In this document: piece after piece, positions 40,608 to 53,527 of the stretch | Layout of the letters: every line of letters starts with the position of its first letter | Position numbering within the stretch: position 1 is the first letter of the stretch | Assembly: GCF_006345805.1 (NCBI RefSeq) | Contig: NC_043013.1 | Location: 34,224,001-34,288,000, forward strand | Direction: 5' to 3' | DNA length: 64,000 bases | Origin: Octopus sinensis | Taxonomy: Eukaryota | Notes under the pieces: model-generated | Database searches by the model: none | What the model was told of the DNA's origin: nothing | What the model saw: the letters and a program-made list of their open reading frames with translations, nothing else | Position numbers and translations under genes: made by a program

Positions 40608-41078
40608 AAAGGTGGCGAGCTGGCAGATTCATTAGCACGCCAGGTGACATGCTTAGTGGTATTTCATCTGCCACTACGTTCTGAGTTCAAATTCTGCTGA
40701 GGTTGACTTTGCCTTTCTTCCTTTCGGGGTTGATAAATTAAGTACCAGTCATGTAGTGGGGTCAATCTAATTGACTTGCCCCTTCCCCCAAAATTTCAGG
40801 CCTTGTGCCTATAGTAGAAAAGACTATTAACAGTTACAACATTATCAACAATAATGATATTGGTTTCAAATTTTGGCGCAAGGCCAGCAATTTTGGGGGA
40901 AGGGATAAATCGATTACATTGACCCTCCAGTATTCAACTGGTACTTATTTTATTGACCCTAAAAGGATGAAGGGTAAAGTCAATCCAGGCAGTATTTGAA
41001 CTCAGAATGTAAAGTTTGACAAAATACTGCTAAGCATTTTTCCTGGAGTGCTAATGGTTCTGCAAGCACATTGCCTTA
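40608..41078. mobile_element. Tail-to-tail family B SINE pair (+ 40608-40825, - 40840-41078)
   Basis: Heads, central domains and tails are recognisable in opposite orientations. Confidence 0.8.
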
Positions 41079-41152
41079 TCAGTAACACTAATATCATTTT
41101 AATAGTAACAGCATTGTTAACAACAACAACATTATCAAAAATCATAGTGTTA

Positions 41153-42394
41153 TTAGGTTGTTCTGAAAATAATGGCTGCTCTAAATGTTGTGTTTTGAAA
41201 CACAATTTTATCATAGTATTTTAATTATATTTTAGATGAATTTCGACATACATAATTATTGATGCATGCTCTTTAATAATTTTCTTCTTATTTCAGACAG
41301 AAAACATTCTCGAAGCATAGGCCCCCTTAATTATGAACATGACAAAAAAGGACCTTCGCTTACTTTTCTTGCATGAGTTCAAGCTTGGGCACAATGCCTC
41401 CCAAACTGCTGCCAATATCAACAGAGCATGGGGAGAGGGGTCCACAAGTGATTACCCAGTACAAAGGTGTTTTCAGAAATTCTGTAGTGGTGATGAAAGC
41501 CTTGAAGATGAAGAAAGTAGAGGACGGTCATGCAGTTTTGACAAGGAACAACTGAGAGCAATTGTTGAACAAAACCCACGTGAAAGTGTCAGAATAATGT
41601 CACAGGCATTTGGTGTTGGTATTGCAATAGTCTCACGCAATCTGCAGAAGATTGTTAAGGTGAAAAAGCTCAATAATTTGTACCAACATGAGCTCAATGA
41701 AAATCAAAAAGTTCGGTGTTTTGAAGTGTGCATGATGCTTTTTCTGTGGAAAACCAATGATCCTCTTCTTGACCGAATAGTCACTTGTGACGAAAAGTGG
41801 ATCCTTTATGATAACCGTAAATGATCAGGTCAATAGCTTGATCGTCAAGAGCCCCCTAAACATTTTCCAAAGCCAAAGTTGCATCAGCAAAAGATAATGG
41901 TGACTCTCTGGTGGTCTGCAATTGGAGTTGTCCATTACAGTTTTCTGGAATCCAATCAGAGCATTACAGCAAAGGTTTACTGTAATCAACCCACTGAAAT
42001 GTATGCTCACTTGCAAAAAATGAGACCTGCATTGGCGAATCAGTGTGGCCCAATCCTACTCCACGATAATGCAAAACCACATGTTGCAAGAATGATCCTG
42101 CAGAAACTCACAGACTTGATATATAAGACTTTACCATATCCTCCATATTCTCCTGATCTTTGACCCACTGACTACCATTTTGTCCAAACCAGAGGTGGAA
42201 TTAGCTTTCAAACATTTCTTAGTATCAAAGCCAATACGTTTTTTTCAACGAGGCATGAAATAATCTCGTTGATCGATGGCAGAGATACATAGATGTTTGT
42301 GGCTCATACTTTGACTAATCAAAACAATTCTATTGTTAATTTTTCCAGAATAAAATTGCTTCTGAAATAGGCCATAATTTTCAGAACAACCTAA
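41153..42394 (+). mobile_element. Full-length mariner transposon, 1242 bp, inactive, Hsmar1/cecropia-like
   Basis: 24-bp TIR TTAGGTTGTTCTGAAAAT(A/T)ATGGC with one mismatch, flanked by TA at 41151-52 and 42395-96. Confidence 0.95.
41333..42318 (+). pseudogene. Mariner transposase pseudogene
   Basis: LFLHEFKLGHNASQTAANIN, GDESLEDEESRGR, IVTCDEKW, LHDNAKPH, YPPYSPDL*PTDYH (D34D). In-frame stops at 41822, 41834 and 42161, and a probable deletion after about 42180. Confidence 0.92.
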
Positions 42395-42496
42395 TAGTAT
42401 CCATAACAACATTATCAACTATAATAATAATATTATCAACCAAAACAAAACTATCAACAATGATAATGTTATCAACTGGTTAATATTTATATTTGA

Positions 42497-42810
42497 CAGT
42501 GGCGAGCTGGCAGAAATGTTAGTATGCTGGGCGAAATGCTTAGCGGTATTTCATCTGCTGTTATGGTCTGAGTTCAAATTCTGCTGAGGTCAACTTTGCC
42601 TTTCATCCTTTCAGAGTCGATGAAATAAGTACCAGTTACGCACTGGGGTCGATATAATCAACTTAATCTGTTTGTCCTTGTTTGTCCTCTCTGTGTTTAG
42701 CCCCTTGTGGGTAGTAAAGTAATAGGTATTTCATCTGCTGTTATGTTCTGAGTTTGTCTGTCCTTGTTTATCCCCTCTATGTTTAGCCCCCTGTAGGCAA
42801 TAAATAAATA
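42497..42810 (+). mobile_element. Family B SINE with tail type 1 and a partial dimer extension
   Basis: Head GTGGCGAGCTGGCAGAAATG. The GTAGTAAAGTAATAGGTATTTCATCTG junction is followed by a second type 1 tail. Confidence 0.8.
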
Positions 42811-43552
42811 AATAAATAAATATTTATATTTGACAAGATTTGAAGGGTCCAATGACTCCATTATTCTCCAGTGTCTGCTTGAGTATGGTTTCTATGCTTA
42901 GAGGCCCTTTTTAATTGCAAGTACTTTACAGTGTGTTCGAGCTGCTTTCTACAAGCTGCCATAAAAAAAATGCTAAAAATAAACAATGGAACATCTTTCT
43001 GGTCATTCTACTGGCTAGAAATAACAGCCAAATCTATCCTGAATCACTTAATATATTGAATAGAATGGAAAGAATTTTAGAAAATATTGTTCTAGTTATA
43101 GAATGTTTACAAATAAAAATAAACAAATATAGAAGGATTGCAATGGATCAAGGAATACCAAAGGCTAAACAAAAACAAACAAGAACAAATACTCGGAGTA
43201 CAGTGGCAAGAATAAGATACAAAATGAGTTAACAACAAAATCAATAAGCGTAGGAAAACTCAATCACTAAAAAGCACATGGCTTGTCTGATTCTATCATG
43301 TAAGCTAAAGGAAAAAAATTTTTTTAAATGTCTAGGCAAATTGAGCATATGTGTGCACGCTCTTTGAGCACCAGATATATTGATACTGAAAAGAGTTTAG
43401 CAACTGCATTTATCAATCATAGCTAATAACATAAAAATGAAATATAACACATATATAAAGACTTATATATATATATATATATATGTGTGCATACGTGTAT
43501 GAATGTATGTGTACATTGAAGATAGACATTAAAAAATGATTACGATGACGAT

Positions 43553-43590
<38 letters not shown>

Positions 43591-44089
43591 TATGTATGTA
43601 TACACACACACACGCACACATGCATATGTATACATTTGTATACATACATATATATATCATCGTGATCATCGCCATGATCTTAATGATTTTTAATGTCTAT
43701 GTTCCATATATCTGTGTGTATGTGTGTGTGTGTGTGTGTTTGTGTAATATACATTCATTCACGTGTGCATATGGACACTTTTGATCCCTATCTTACTTGG
43801 GGGATGGGTAGTCCTCATAGCCATTCAATGCCTAAAATCTTTTATACTTTCATGATTAAATATTCTTAGGAATTGTATATAAAAAAAAATGCTTAAATAT
43901 TGTGTCTACTTTAGAAATATAACCAGTTGATTGTACATAAATTTTAGCGGCAAAACTTTACATAGACCTTCAAGGGCCATATAGATCCCAACTGAAAACC
44001 ACTAATTTAAAGCTTATAGAATTAGTCAAGGGTTTTCAAAGTTCATGCAGAGCTTTATCTATCCCTGATATAACATTCAAGTAAGTAGG

Positions 44090-44665
44090 CATGCATTATT
44101 TAAGAGATTTAAAAAGGAAAAAAATTTACAAACAATTTTTGTCCTAATGTAGAAAGTTAGTGTGCTTGACAATATTTCCAATAGAGCATTGCTCCTTTGA
44201 GTTGATGATCCAAACCACTCATTGAACTCATTGAAACCGGAGAAGCTTTCTGATACTGTGAGAGTAGAATATATTCTCAAGAATATATCATTGCACCAAC
44301 TAATAGATGAAGTTGTGTTAACTAACTTTAAGTTATACTCACTGAGAACTTTCAAACAAATTATATAAGGAATCAACAAGAAGAATACACTTCCATTTAG
44401 AGAATTTTGGAAGAAGGTCAATATAATGGATGATGCAGATGAGATAGCTGGGTCAAGGAATGAAGTGAAATCCTCAACTCCAAGACTTCACAAGATTTCC
44501 GCAAGCAGAAAATCTACATTGAATTTTGAAAAATATTTGCAAATAATGTAGGGTTTGAAGAAGACGTAAAGGTTAATTTGATCGTGTTGCTAGTGTACCA
44601 TAGAGAAATTTTATCGAATAAGGAGCTGATGCAGTAAGAACAAAAGAAAGCTGGAAAGTACTGAT
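44090..44665 (+). pseudogene. Tigger/pogo (DDE_1, TIGD1-like) transposase relic
   Basis: Frame-shifted translation NNFCPNVES / RALLL*VDDPNH...SDTVRVEYILKNISLHQLIDEVVLTNFKLYSLRTFKQII...FREFWKKVNIMDDADEIAGSRNEVKSST / FANNVGFEEDVK...HREILSNKELMQ. This follows, in order, the pogo pattern ALLLLDNAPGH...[27 protein letters not shown]...REFWKKFNIMDA...SWNEVK...EELTNEEL. Confidence 0.7.
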
Positions 44666-45276
44666 AAAAATATGAAAATTCCATCAGCTACATTTAAATT
44701 GACTGCTGAAACACTGCTACAGGGTTGGTACATACAAAGAACACTGCTACAGGGTTGGTACATACAAAGAACGGCTGTAAGATATTGCTGTAATAGCCTT
44801 AATCATAATTATATCATACACGTTACAAGAGAAGTCTGCAATGAAATTAAGTTCCTTTACAGAATTGTACAAATCTAAAAAAACCTTTGGTAAGTTCTTT
44901 AACCCTACTCAAGTGGATTTTGGAAATGATGAAATATAAGATAGAAAATAGTTTTCCCTCATTTTGTCAGTGGCTCTTATTCCACCACATCTTTCACACA
45001 GTACTTAATAACTTTTTGTGGTAAGAATGTACCCTATTACAATATCAAGGTTCTTATTCATCCCCTAATGTATTTCTCTTCAAATATTTTTATTCGTACA
45101 CACTGTACTGTGTGTGTTTAAATATTGTTATTTTCATGCATAAAAGTAGTGGTTTCTCTTGTTCATTTTCTAAAAATCCATTGGAATATGTGTCATTATA
45201 ATATGTGTCATTATAATGCTAAAATCAAGAGGAAAATTAAATTTACATTATGTGATTTCATGAGTTATATCATATG

Positions 45277-45324
<48 letters not shown>

Positions 45325-45424
45325 TGTATGTATGTATGTATGTATGTATGTATGTATGTATCCATTTACATACATACATATATATATGTGTGTGTGTATA
45401 TATATATATACACACACATGCACA

Positions 45425-45590
45425 TAATGGGATTCCTTCAATTTCTGTTTACTAAATCCAATCACAAGATTTTACTCACCCTAAGGATATAGCAGAATTT
45501 ATTTGCCCGAGGTGCTGTGCAGTGAGACTGAACCTGAAACCTTGTGGTTGAAAATTAAACTTCTTAACCACACATCCCTGTCTGCACCAA
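45425..45590 (-). mobile_element. Family A SINE 5' fragment, degenerate
   Basis: CTTCAATTTCTGTTTACTAAATCCAATCACAAG...GAACCTGAAACCTTGTGGTTG...CTTAACCACACATCC. Confidence 0.55.
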
Positions 45591-45685
45591 CACAGCTTAT
45601 ATTTTACACATGTGTATATATGATGTATGTATGTATCTATTTATCTATCTGTCTGTCTCTCTACCTATGTGTGTGTGTGTATGTG

Positions 45686-45736
<51 letters not shown>

Positions 45737-46513
45737 CATATATGCAGACACATGCACTCATAATGCACTAATATATAGAGTGAAACAACATATGCAATCT
45801 TCCAGTCCATACCCTTCACTCCACCTCATCCATGCTCCCAACATACCTCAATGAATTTATCCTGGAGTTAAAGCTAAATAGTATGGAAATAATTTGATCA
45901 TTTCTCCCTCCACTCTTATGTTATCAACCATTTCCTTCCACCTAACCAAACTTCACTGATAAAATGTAAGAATGGATTGAGTACTCTAGAAAATTACTTA
46001 GTTTGGAAACTGCATCAGTAACAAAAAAATAAATAAAAGAAACATGAAAAATCAACAAAAAAAAAAATCAGATGAAAGAATCTGAAATAAAAAATATAAA
46101 TAAAACAAAAAAATCATAAAGATCACGTAAATGCCCCCCCCCCCCACGAAAAAATAAATAAAAGTAAATGATAGGAAACAAAAAGAAATAGTAAAGAATA
46201 TAAAATTTATGAAATTGATGAAAAATTTGCTGCGAAACCATTTTTGTCCAGTTAGTTCAGCATCAATCTTTCACTACAATGAAAGGTGTTGTTTCATTGC
46301 TTGTGATTGTTATATCATTTTTTTAAAAAATATTTATCTATTCATTTTTTTGTTGGTAGTTTTCATTCTTTCTTCTTTTTTTTATTCATTTACATTATTT
46401 TATTTCTTTGATAATATTTTCATCTTCTTCTTCTCTTTTTAGTTTTAATTTTTTTTCTTTTCTTTTTTTTTTGCAGCATATTTATAATAGAAAGGACACT
46501 GGTTGTAGACTAC

Positions 46514-46581
<68 letters not shown>

Positions 46582-46584
46582 TAC

Positions 46585-46624
<40 letters not shown>

Positions 46625-46638
46625 ACATATATATATAC

Positions 46639-46695
<57 letters not shown>

Positions 46696-46773
46696 ATACA
46701 TAAAATATTATATATATATATATGAGTCTATAAATATATATATATGTATATATATACACACACACATATATAT

Positions 46774-46806
<33 letters not shown>

Positions 46807-47484
46807 CCAGTCTTGTTGATTTTGTTAGTTTTTAATGTAATTTATTCTACTTTAGCTTTTGGTTTGCTCTTAGAAGGTTTTTTTTCCTCATTTTTTTAAT
46901 GTAGGGCTAAATGATAAATATAAAAGATGATTATATATGAATGTATACATATTTATTTGTGTGAGTATAAAACGTAGCAAATGTGCAGGCAACATGAGAA
47001 AATATACTATGAGGAAAAGTGAAAGAAAGAGATGGTAGTAGGGGTCGATAAAGAAAATTAAAACCAGCTCCAAATAAAGAAATGTATGACCAACTTAGGA
47101 AATATGTTGATGTGAATGTTTTGTTATTTTTTGAAAGACTATTTCTTCAGCACCAAACACACCATTTCTAATATAACACATTGCTATTAAGCGCATAAAT
47201 GTAGACACACATTTACAACAATATACAAATGGATACTTTAAACATACAAATGTTACATTTAACAATCACTGGCACACATACAAATACACTCATAACATCA
47301 TACACAAATCTAAGTGCCCATATGCATACACATATGCAAATTCTTCTAACAACGAGACATTATACTTAGCGTCATTCCACACTCATTTATGCCCAATAGA
47401 GGCAGAAATACACATACACACACACACACACATTCACACATATATAAACATACACAGAAGAGAAAAACTGAAATACATGCATTT

Positions 47485-47518
<34 letters not shown>

Positions 47519-47814
47519 ATGTGTGTGTGTATGTGTGTGTGTGTGTGTGTATGTATGTATATATATGTATATATACATATATAAATTACAAATTTTGAAA
47601 AAAATGTATTGATTTTAGTTTATCCATTTCCAAACACTCAACTTTTCCCATTGCTAACCAAACCAAAAAAACAGGATAATTATGTGTGTGCTTGTGTATT
47701 ATATTATATATGTATGCATGTATATGTATTATCCACTTTTGTGTATAGATCTGTTTTGCATACAAACATACATACACACAAACACACATATATATATATA
47801 TATACAGACACACC

Positions 47815-47845
<31 letters not shown>

Positions 47846-48269
47846 ATAATCAATATATTTATTATGCTTAGGTCATTTAGTACAACAGCATATATCTCAA
47901 AGTGCAGAGTATCTTTTACATTGTTTCAAATTTGCAAATAACCTACAAGATTACACGAAAAAATGGTTTGATTTCATTTTTGTTTTATTTTGTTTTGTTT
48001 CTACCACTGTTTTGCTATCAATATTGATGGAGTATAATATAGTAAATAAAAATGTTTAATTCTTTTTATTTGTTTTTCTCTATTTTTTTTTTAGCATTAT
48101 TTATTTATTTATCAATATATTCATTTCAGATTTTCTGGATGGCAGAAACAGGTGTCTTACTCTAACAGAAGGGGACATTGAGGAGGTGATCCGATATCAG
48201 ATGAAAGGTTAGTGTGTGACGCAAGTTCCCCTGCCCCTTTCATAATTCCTTGTCTTGTGAGTTACTTGG

Positions 48270-48560
48270 CGACCCTGCTTGTCCTGGTGCCATGTAAAAA
48301 GTATTCAGTCCACTTTGTAAAGTGGTTGGCATTTGGAAGGGCATCCAGTAGTAAAAACCTTGCCAAAACTGACCTCACCTTTGCTAGTACCACATAAGAA
48401 GCACTAAGTTAGCTCTGCAGAGTGGTTGATGTTAGGAAGGGCATCCAGCCATAAAACACCTGACAAAACAGACACAGAATTCGAGGGTAGTTTTCTACCT
48501 GTCAACTGTCCTACCCATGCATGTATAGAAGATGGACATTAAACAATGATGATGATGATG
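48270..48560 (+). mobile_element. RTE-3'-related element with (GAT)n tail; an opposite-strand tail fragment follows at 48735-48805
   Basis: GGTGCCATGTAAAAAG...GTGGTTGGCATTTGGAAGGGCATCCAG (this motif occurs twice)...GGACATTAAACAATGATGATG. Confidence 0.65.
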
Positions 48561-48867
48561 AAGATTTTCTGGATGAATAGATAGTTTATCTAATGCTAAT
48601 ATGTAAATTTTGAAGAAGTTTAACAAGTGGCAGGGCTGGATTAAGACCCATAGAGGCCCTAAGCACTTAAGAGATTTAAGTAACTCTATAGATATATAAT
48701 TCAAAATATAAACAATATTTTAAGATTATCATAACCATCATCATCATCATCATCATCTTCATTTAACGTCCGCTATCCACACTGGTATGGGTTGAAAGGT
48801 TTGACGAGTTGGCTGAAATGATAGCACACCGGGCAAAATGCTAACCGGTATTTCGTCTGTCGTTTAG

Positions 48868-49039
48868 GGGTAGGAGTGGCTGTGTGGTAAGTACCTTCCT
48901 TACCGACCACATGGTTTTGGGTTAAGTCCCACTGCGTGGCACCTTGGGCAAGTGTCTTCTACTATAGCCTCGGGCAGACCAAAGCCTTGTGAGTGGCTTT
49001 GGTAGACAGAAACTGAAAGAAGCCTGTCGTATATATGTG

Positions 49040-49084
<45 letters not shown>

Positions 49085-49295
49085 GTGTATATGTATGTGT
49101 ATGTGTGTGTGTGTATGTTTGTGTGTCTTTGTTCCCCCAACATCACTTGACAACCAATGAAGGTGTTTATGTCCCCGTAATTTACTGGTTCCGCAAAAGA
49201 GACCGATAGAATAAGTCCTGGGGTCGATTTGCTCGACTAAAGGCGGTGCTCCAGCATGGCTACAGTCAAATGACTGAAATAAGTAAAAGAGTAAA
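48868..49295 (+). mobile_element. Family A SINE, full length, abutting a truncated family B head (48803-48862)
   Basis: Full family A structure with an expanded internal (TG)n. Confidence 0.88.
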
Positions 49296-49817
49296 ATAAT
49301 AAAACCATAAAATAAATTTTTATTTTAAAAATGAAACGAAACTAACAGTAAGATGAAGAATAATGTTTAGTTTTGTACACTTCCATTTCATTTGTATTTG
49401 AAAAGTTTTCCCTGACTTTTTTAATTGCAGTGTCTTTGGTCAGATTCTCCCTATGATACCATGGACACTTCGAAATTATATTTCCAAACATATCAACCAT
49501 TTTGAATATTATTTTAGCAAGATACAGACAAAGGAAACAATTAATAATAAAAAATAATAATACATACACAACAAAAAATCCCTTGAGGCTGCAAGACAGA
49601 TAAAAGTGGGTAGCGTGAAGGAGAAAATTATATATATATATATATATTTCAATGAAAGTTGGAGGTTTTGAATCCAACCAACTAAGGGATAATATCTATA
49701 CTTCTGGTAGAATACCCAATTATTAATATACAAGTGTTGGTTATTGCGTAGCAGTTACACTACTGAGCATAATAAATGGACAGGGGTAAAAAGTGGTTTT
49801 ACCCTTATATATATATA

Positions 49818-51404
49818 TCTCTATATATAAAACTGAGAATGTGTATTTGTCTGTCTGTCTGTTTGTTTCCCTAAAACTTGAGAACTACACAACCAATTTC
49901 ATTCAAATTTTACACATGCCTTACTTAGGGTCCATGTAGTTTCATGGGCAAAAAAAATGTTCAACTTCTTGCCAAGGGCGAGCCCCTAGCAATAGCATAA
50001 CTTCTCCACTATTTCAGTATTACATGTTAAAAGTGAAACAAAAACATCTCTCTATTTTATGTCAGATACTTTCACTTTAACAATAAAAATTAGAGATAAT
50101 AATAACAATTGAATTATATGTGGTTAGTAATAATTAAAATCAAACTAAAGTATGATATAATAATTAAATCGTAACATAACAATTAATAGTAAAAATAGCA
50201 ATTGGTATAAAATTGCATCAATGACTTGACCTTGAATAAGTGGTTTCACGTGAATGGGAATAAATAGAAAATAAGTGCAGAAATGGAATAGTCCAGATGG
50301 AGCTGTGCACGGCTTTTACATTAGATTATTTGCTAATTAGCTAGCATTAAGTATTTATATGAAGTTTGGCTGTATGTAATATCTGTTTTCTTCAAAGATA
50401 CTTCTACTGAGTACTGCTGTTGGTTTATTTCTGATCCATAAAGGCCTATAGTTTCAACAGAGTACTGCTTTTTGATTCACCATAAGGTTTGTTGTTATTA
50501 TTATTACTGTTTAACTATTGTTATCATGTTTGTTGGTTCCTCGTAAGGGAAGCATTGTTGTGTTGCATTTGTTAAATAATTGTAAACCATAACCCTCCCC
50601 CTTTGGGAGAAGGAGCTTTGGTTATTGTTTAAAAATTGAATTGTGTCCCTGTTTGGGGAAATTGACAATATTTTCACCGTCTACACAGAAGCATTTTTGT
50701 TAAAATGTCTTCGATAGAAGAAAGTCCCAAAATGAATTTCACTGCAGCTGTTGGCAGGCAGCAAACTCATTAAAATTAAAATGGAAGAAATACAAACCTA
50801 TTTCGGATTGATCACTGACAAAGACGGTGAATCTAGGATAACACAACCAAACGAAATAAAAAATTAAATTAAAGAAAAGACTATTGTCTATAAAGTATAC
50901 AATGTAGAGAAAAAAAAAGATTTGAACACCTGGAGGAAAGCACCATTGAAAGTATCTTGGTGCGACTATGAAAGATATCAAGTATCTAACTAGAGGTGGT
51001 AAATTCGCCACAATAGAAGCAAGGTACAAGTCAACAGAGCAAGGGAGTACTCGACTCAAACCTTGCAAAATGGAAATATTTTATTTTTACCTTTATATCG
51101 GGGACGTAGGACGTCCCGGATAAAAATTTAAAATGTCCCCCCAGAAGTAGAGGTAGGCTGGATTGTAGCCACACTTCTATACAAGAGGGGGTGCAAGATA
51201 CAACTGATCAAAATTGCAAGAGACGGGCCTACAATTCCAGTCTGTTATATATTTTGAGTATTGTTATCACTAGCGATATCTAGATATAACTTTGTATTTT
51301 GTATTTTATGTGTAGATGTATATATATATAGATGTACATGTAATATGTACACATATATATATGCACTAGCACTATGACCCGGCAACGCTGGGTCATAATG
51401 CTAG
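49818..51404 (+). mobile_element. Putative non-autonomous Helitron (5' TC terminus; 3' hairpin plus CTAG)
   Basis: A|TCTCTATATATAAAACTGAGAATG...(TGTC)n at 49818; hairpin then CTAG|T at 51366-51405. Pairing these two ends into one element is inference. Confidence 0.45.
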
Positions 51405-51419
51405 TATATATATATATAT

Positions 51420-51578
51420 ATAATGGTTGTGTTTAAGATTTTGTCTCCCAATTCTATTCGCAAGGCTTTGGTCAGCCAAGACTAAAGAAGAAGAAATAAT
51501 ATTTCTATGCAGTAGGACTGAACCCAAGATAACATGGCTAGAAAGCAAGCTCCTTAACCACAAAGCCACTCCTGTGCC
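51420..51578 (-). mobile_element. Family A SINE 5' fragment
   Basis: GCAAGGCTTTGGTCAGCC...GGACTGAACCCAAGATAACATGG...CCACAAAGCCACTCCTGTGCC. Confidence 0.65.
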
Positions 51579-51717
51579 TAAATACTTGAACATTCATCTC
51601 CACCCCTTCCAGGAGCAACTAAGAATCCTGAGACTGGTAAAACTTATTAATTTAAATTCCTGCAACTTTTGAGACACTGATTTATCTTCTGAGAAAACAC
51701 ACACACATGCACACACA

Positions 51718-51748
<31 letters not shown>

Positions 51749-53331
51749 CATAAGTAGTATTTGTTCATTAATTCACTCATTGAAGAAAGTCTTGACTCTT
51801 TATCCCTCCCCGACCAATCATACATGTCAATAACTGACCTAAATGACCCCTAAAAATCTCAGCTACTGGCTGTTTAGCTTTTCCATTGCCACCACTACTA
51901 CAACTACAACCACATGCTTTTAGCCTGAAAGGTGTGAGGAGAAGTGTGGGGAGATAATGTCTTAGTTTATTTCTTTTCAATATCATCTACTTCATTTAGA
52001 TTTTCATTTGGCATCCTTCTTACTTTAGTTCTTTCCTCTCACTTCTTCCAACCCTGTCTTTCATTCTTTTATTGAAGCGTTAGCCCAAGGCATGGATAGA
52101 GAAAAAAAAAAATTACCATTTTCATGTTAGTTGTTACTTTCCAAAATAAGAGCTTCTGATTAGGGTTATACAATTTCTAAACTTTTATGCTACCTCCATC
52201 TGTATGAATTTTCTTTACCCACCATCCATCCATCCATTCCTCCTGCTATCCACCTCATCTCTTCTGTAACATCAACCAACCAGCTAACCAACAGCTTCCC
52301 AATTCCTAAACCAACCAATCAACTCAATCAACTCATCCAAACAATCTCTACATCTAACCTTACATCTATTCCATCCATTAGATTTGTCTATCCAGTTAAG
52401 GCTTATTCTATGGTAACATCAAATCTTCTTTTTTCCAAGATGTCCAAGGGGTCAATTTCTTTGCATTACAATTGCACAGATGCTGTTGGCTATGAAACAC
52501 AACAGCAGAGTGCAGTACAATGCAGTGAAATACAATACTGTACAACAGAGTACAGTGCAGTGCTGCACAACCTAAAACATATCAACACAGACATTCTAAT
52601 TGACAATGAGGAAACTGCAACATAGTTGATTTATCTGCTAGAAATAGCAGCTAAGTCCCCATCAAATTATAGCTTCCTGTCTTTAAATAAAAGATGCATA
52701 ACATAATGTAGAAGAAGTACCCTTAGAAAAGATAGATGTTTGCAGCTTGATGCTTTTAATTGTAGGCTTACTGTCAGGGAATTAAACAGCAATTGCAAAT
52801 TGCACACACATATTACACATATTTACACACTCACACACACACACAATCTGTTGTCTGTTAACTATGAGCGACTGCTATATTTTCCCAATGTTTTCACAAA
52901 CTATTTGCCATGATTAAATTAAACATCATTTGAAAGTTTTCTATTGTTTCATTTTCATGGAAGGATTTTACTGTTTTTGTTGTTATTTATTTTTATTTCT
53001 CTGCCTTTTTTCTTTCTTTCCTTCCTTTTGATAAGAAATACAAAAACAACCTAAATCTTACCTTCTGACATCCATGTTTCCCCATCTTGTGTTTATTTTT
53101 TTTAATAAATTTGATTTGATGAATGTTTAAAAAAGCTCTGAGCAATGCAGGTGAAGAATTAATCAAAACATGGAGAGTTATGTCAAGGAATAAAACAAAA
53201 ATAATGCTATATTATTGCAAAGTTATTATCAACCCGAATACGCTTGATGCATGGTCGAACTAGGGAACAAGCTACTCACAGCATTTTATCACAGATAATA
53301 TATCTCGTTCATTGACAAATGGTGTGTATAC

Positions 53332-53520
53332 ACCTAGATCAGCTTGCAGCACCACCTACCTAAACTCATTGTCCAGTGACTGGAAAAGCATACAAGAGTC
53401 AATCTCTTAATTCAGTTCATAGCATTGTCTGCCTAGTGTCTGTGACAGATGAGGAGATAACTACTCCGAAATGCTAGCATCTCACAGTCTAGCTAGGTGG
53501 CGCTGCAAACTGATCTAGGT
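53332..53520 (+). mobile_element. 189-bp element bounded by 35-bp inverted repeats and containing a hammerhead fold
   Basis: 53332-53366 and the reverse complement of 53486-53520 match at 31/35 positions. Confidence 0.75.
53440..53487 (+). ncRNA. Type I hammerhead ribozyme-like RNA with palindromic stem III; core U4 is A
   Basis: CTGTGA [CAGATGA] GGAG-ATAACTA-CTCC [GAAA] TGCTAGCA [TC] TCACAG. Stem I is 6/6 bp, stem II is 4/4 bp closed by G-C, stem III is the palindrome ATGCTAGCAT, and the triplet is AUC. Confidence 0.65.
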
Positions 53521-53527
53521 ATAAATA

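Noticed and set aside
44090-44665. hAT/Buster transposase or Helitron helicase (APTN-like motif) relic
   Set aside because: A pogo/Tigger DDE_1 alignment explains several consecutive blocks in order, whereas the alternatives match only single short motifs.
44709-44772. Perfect 30-bp tandem duplication (also 15-bp duplications near 7178 and 45187)
   Set aside because: Ordinary local slippage duplications with no sign of function.
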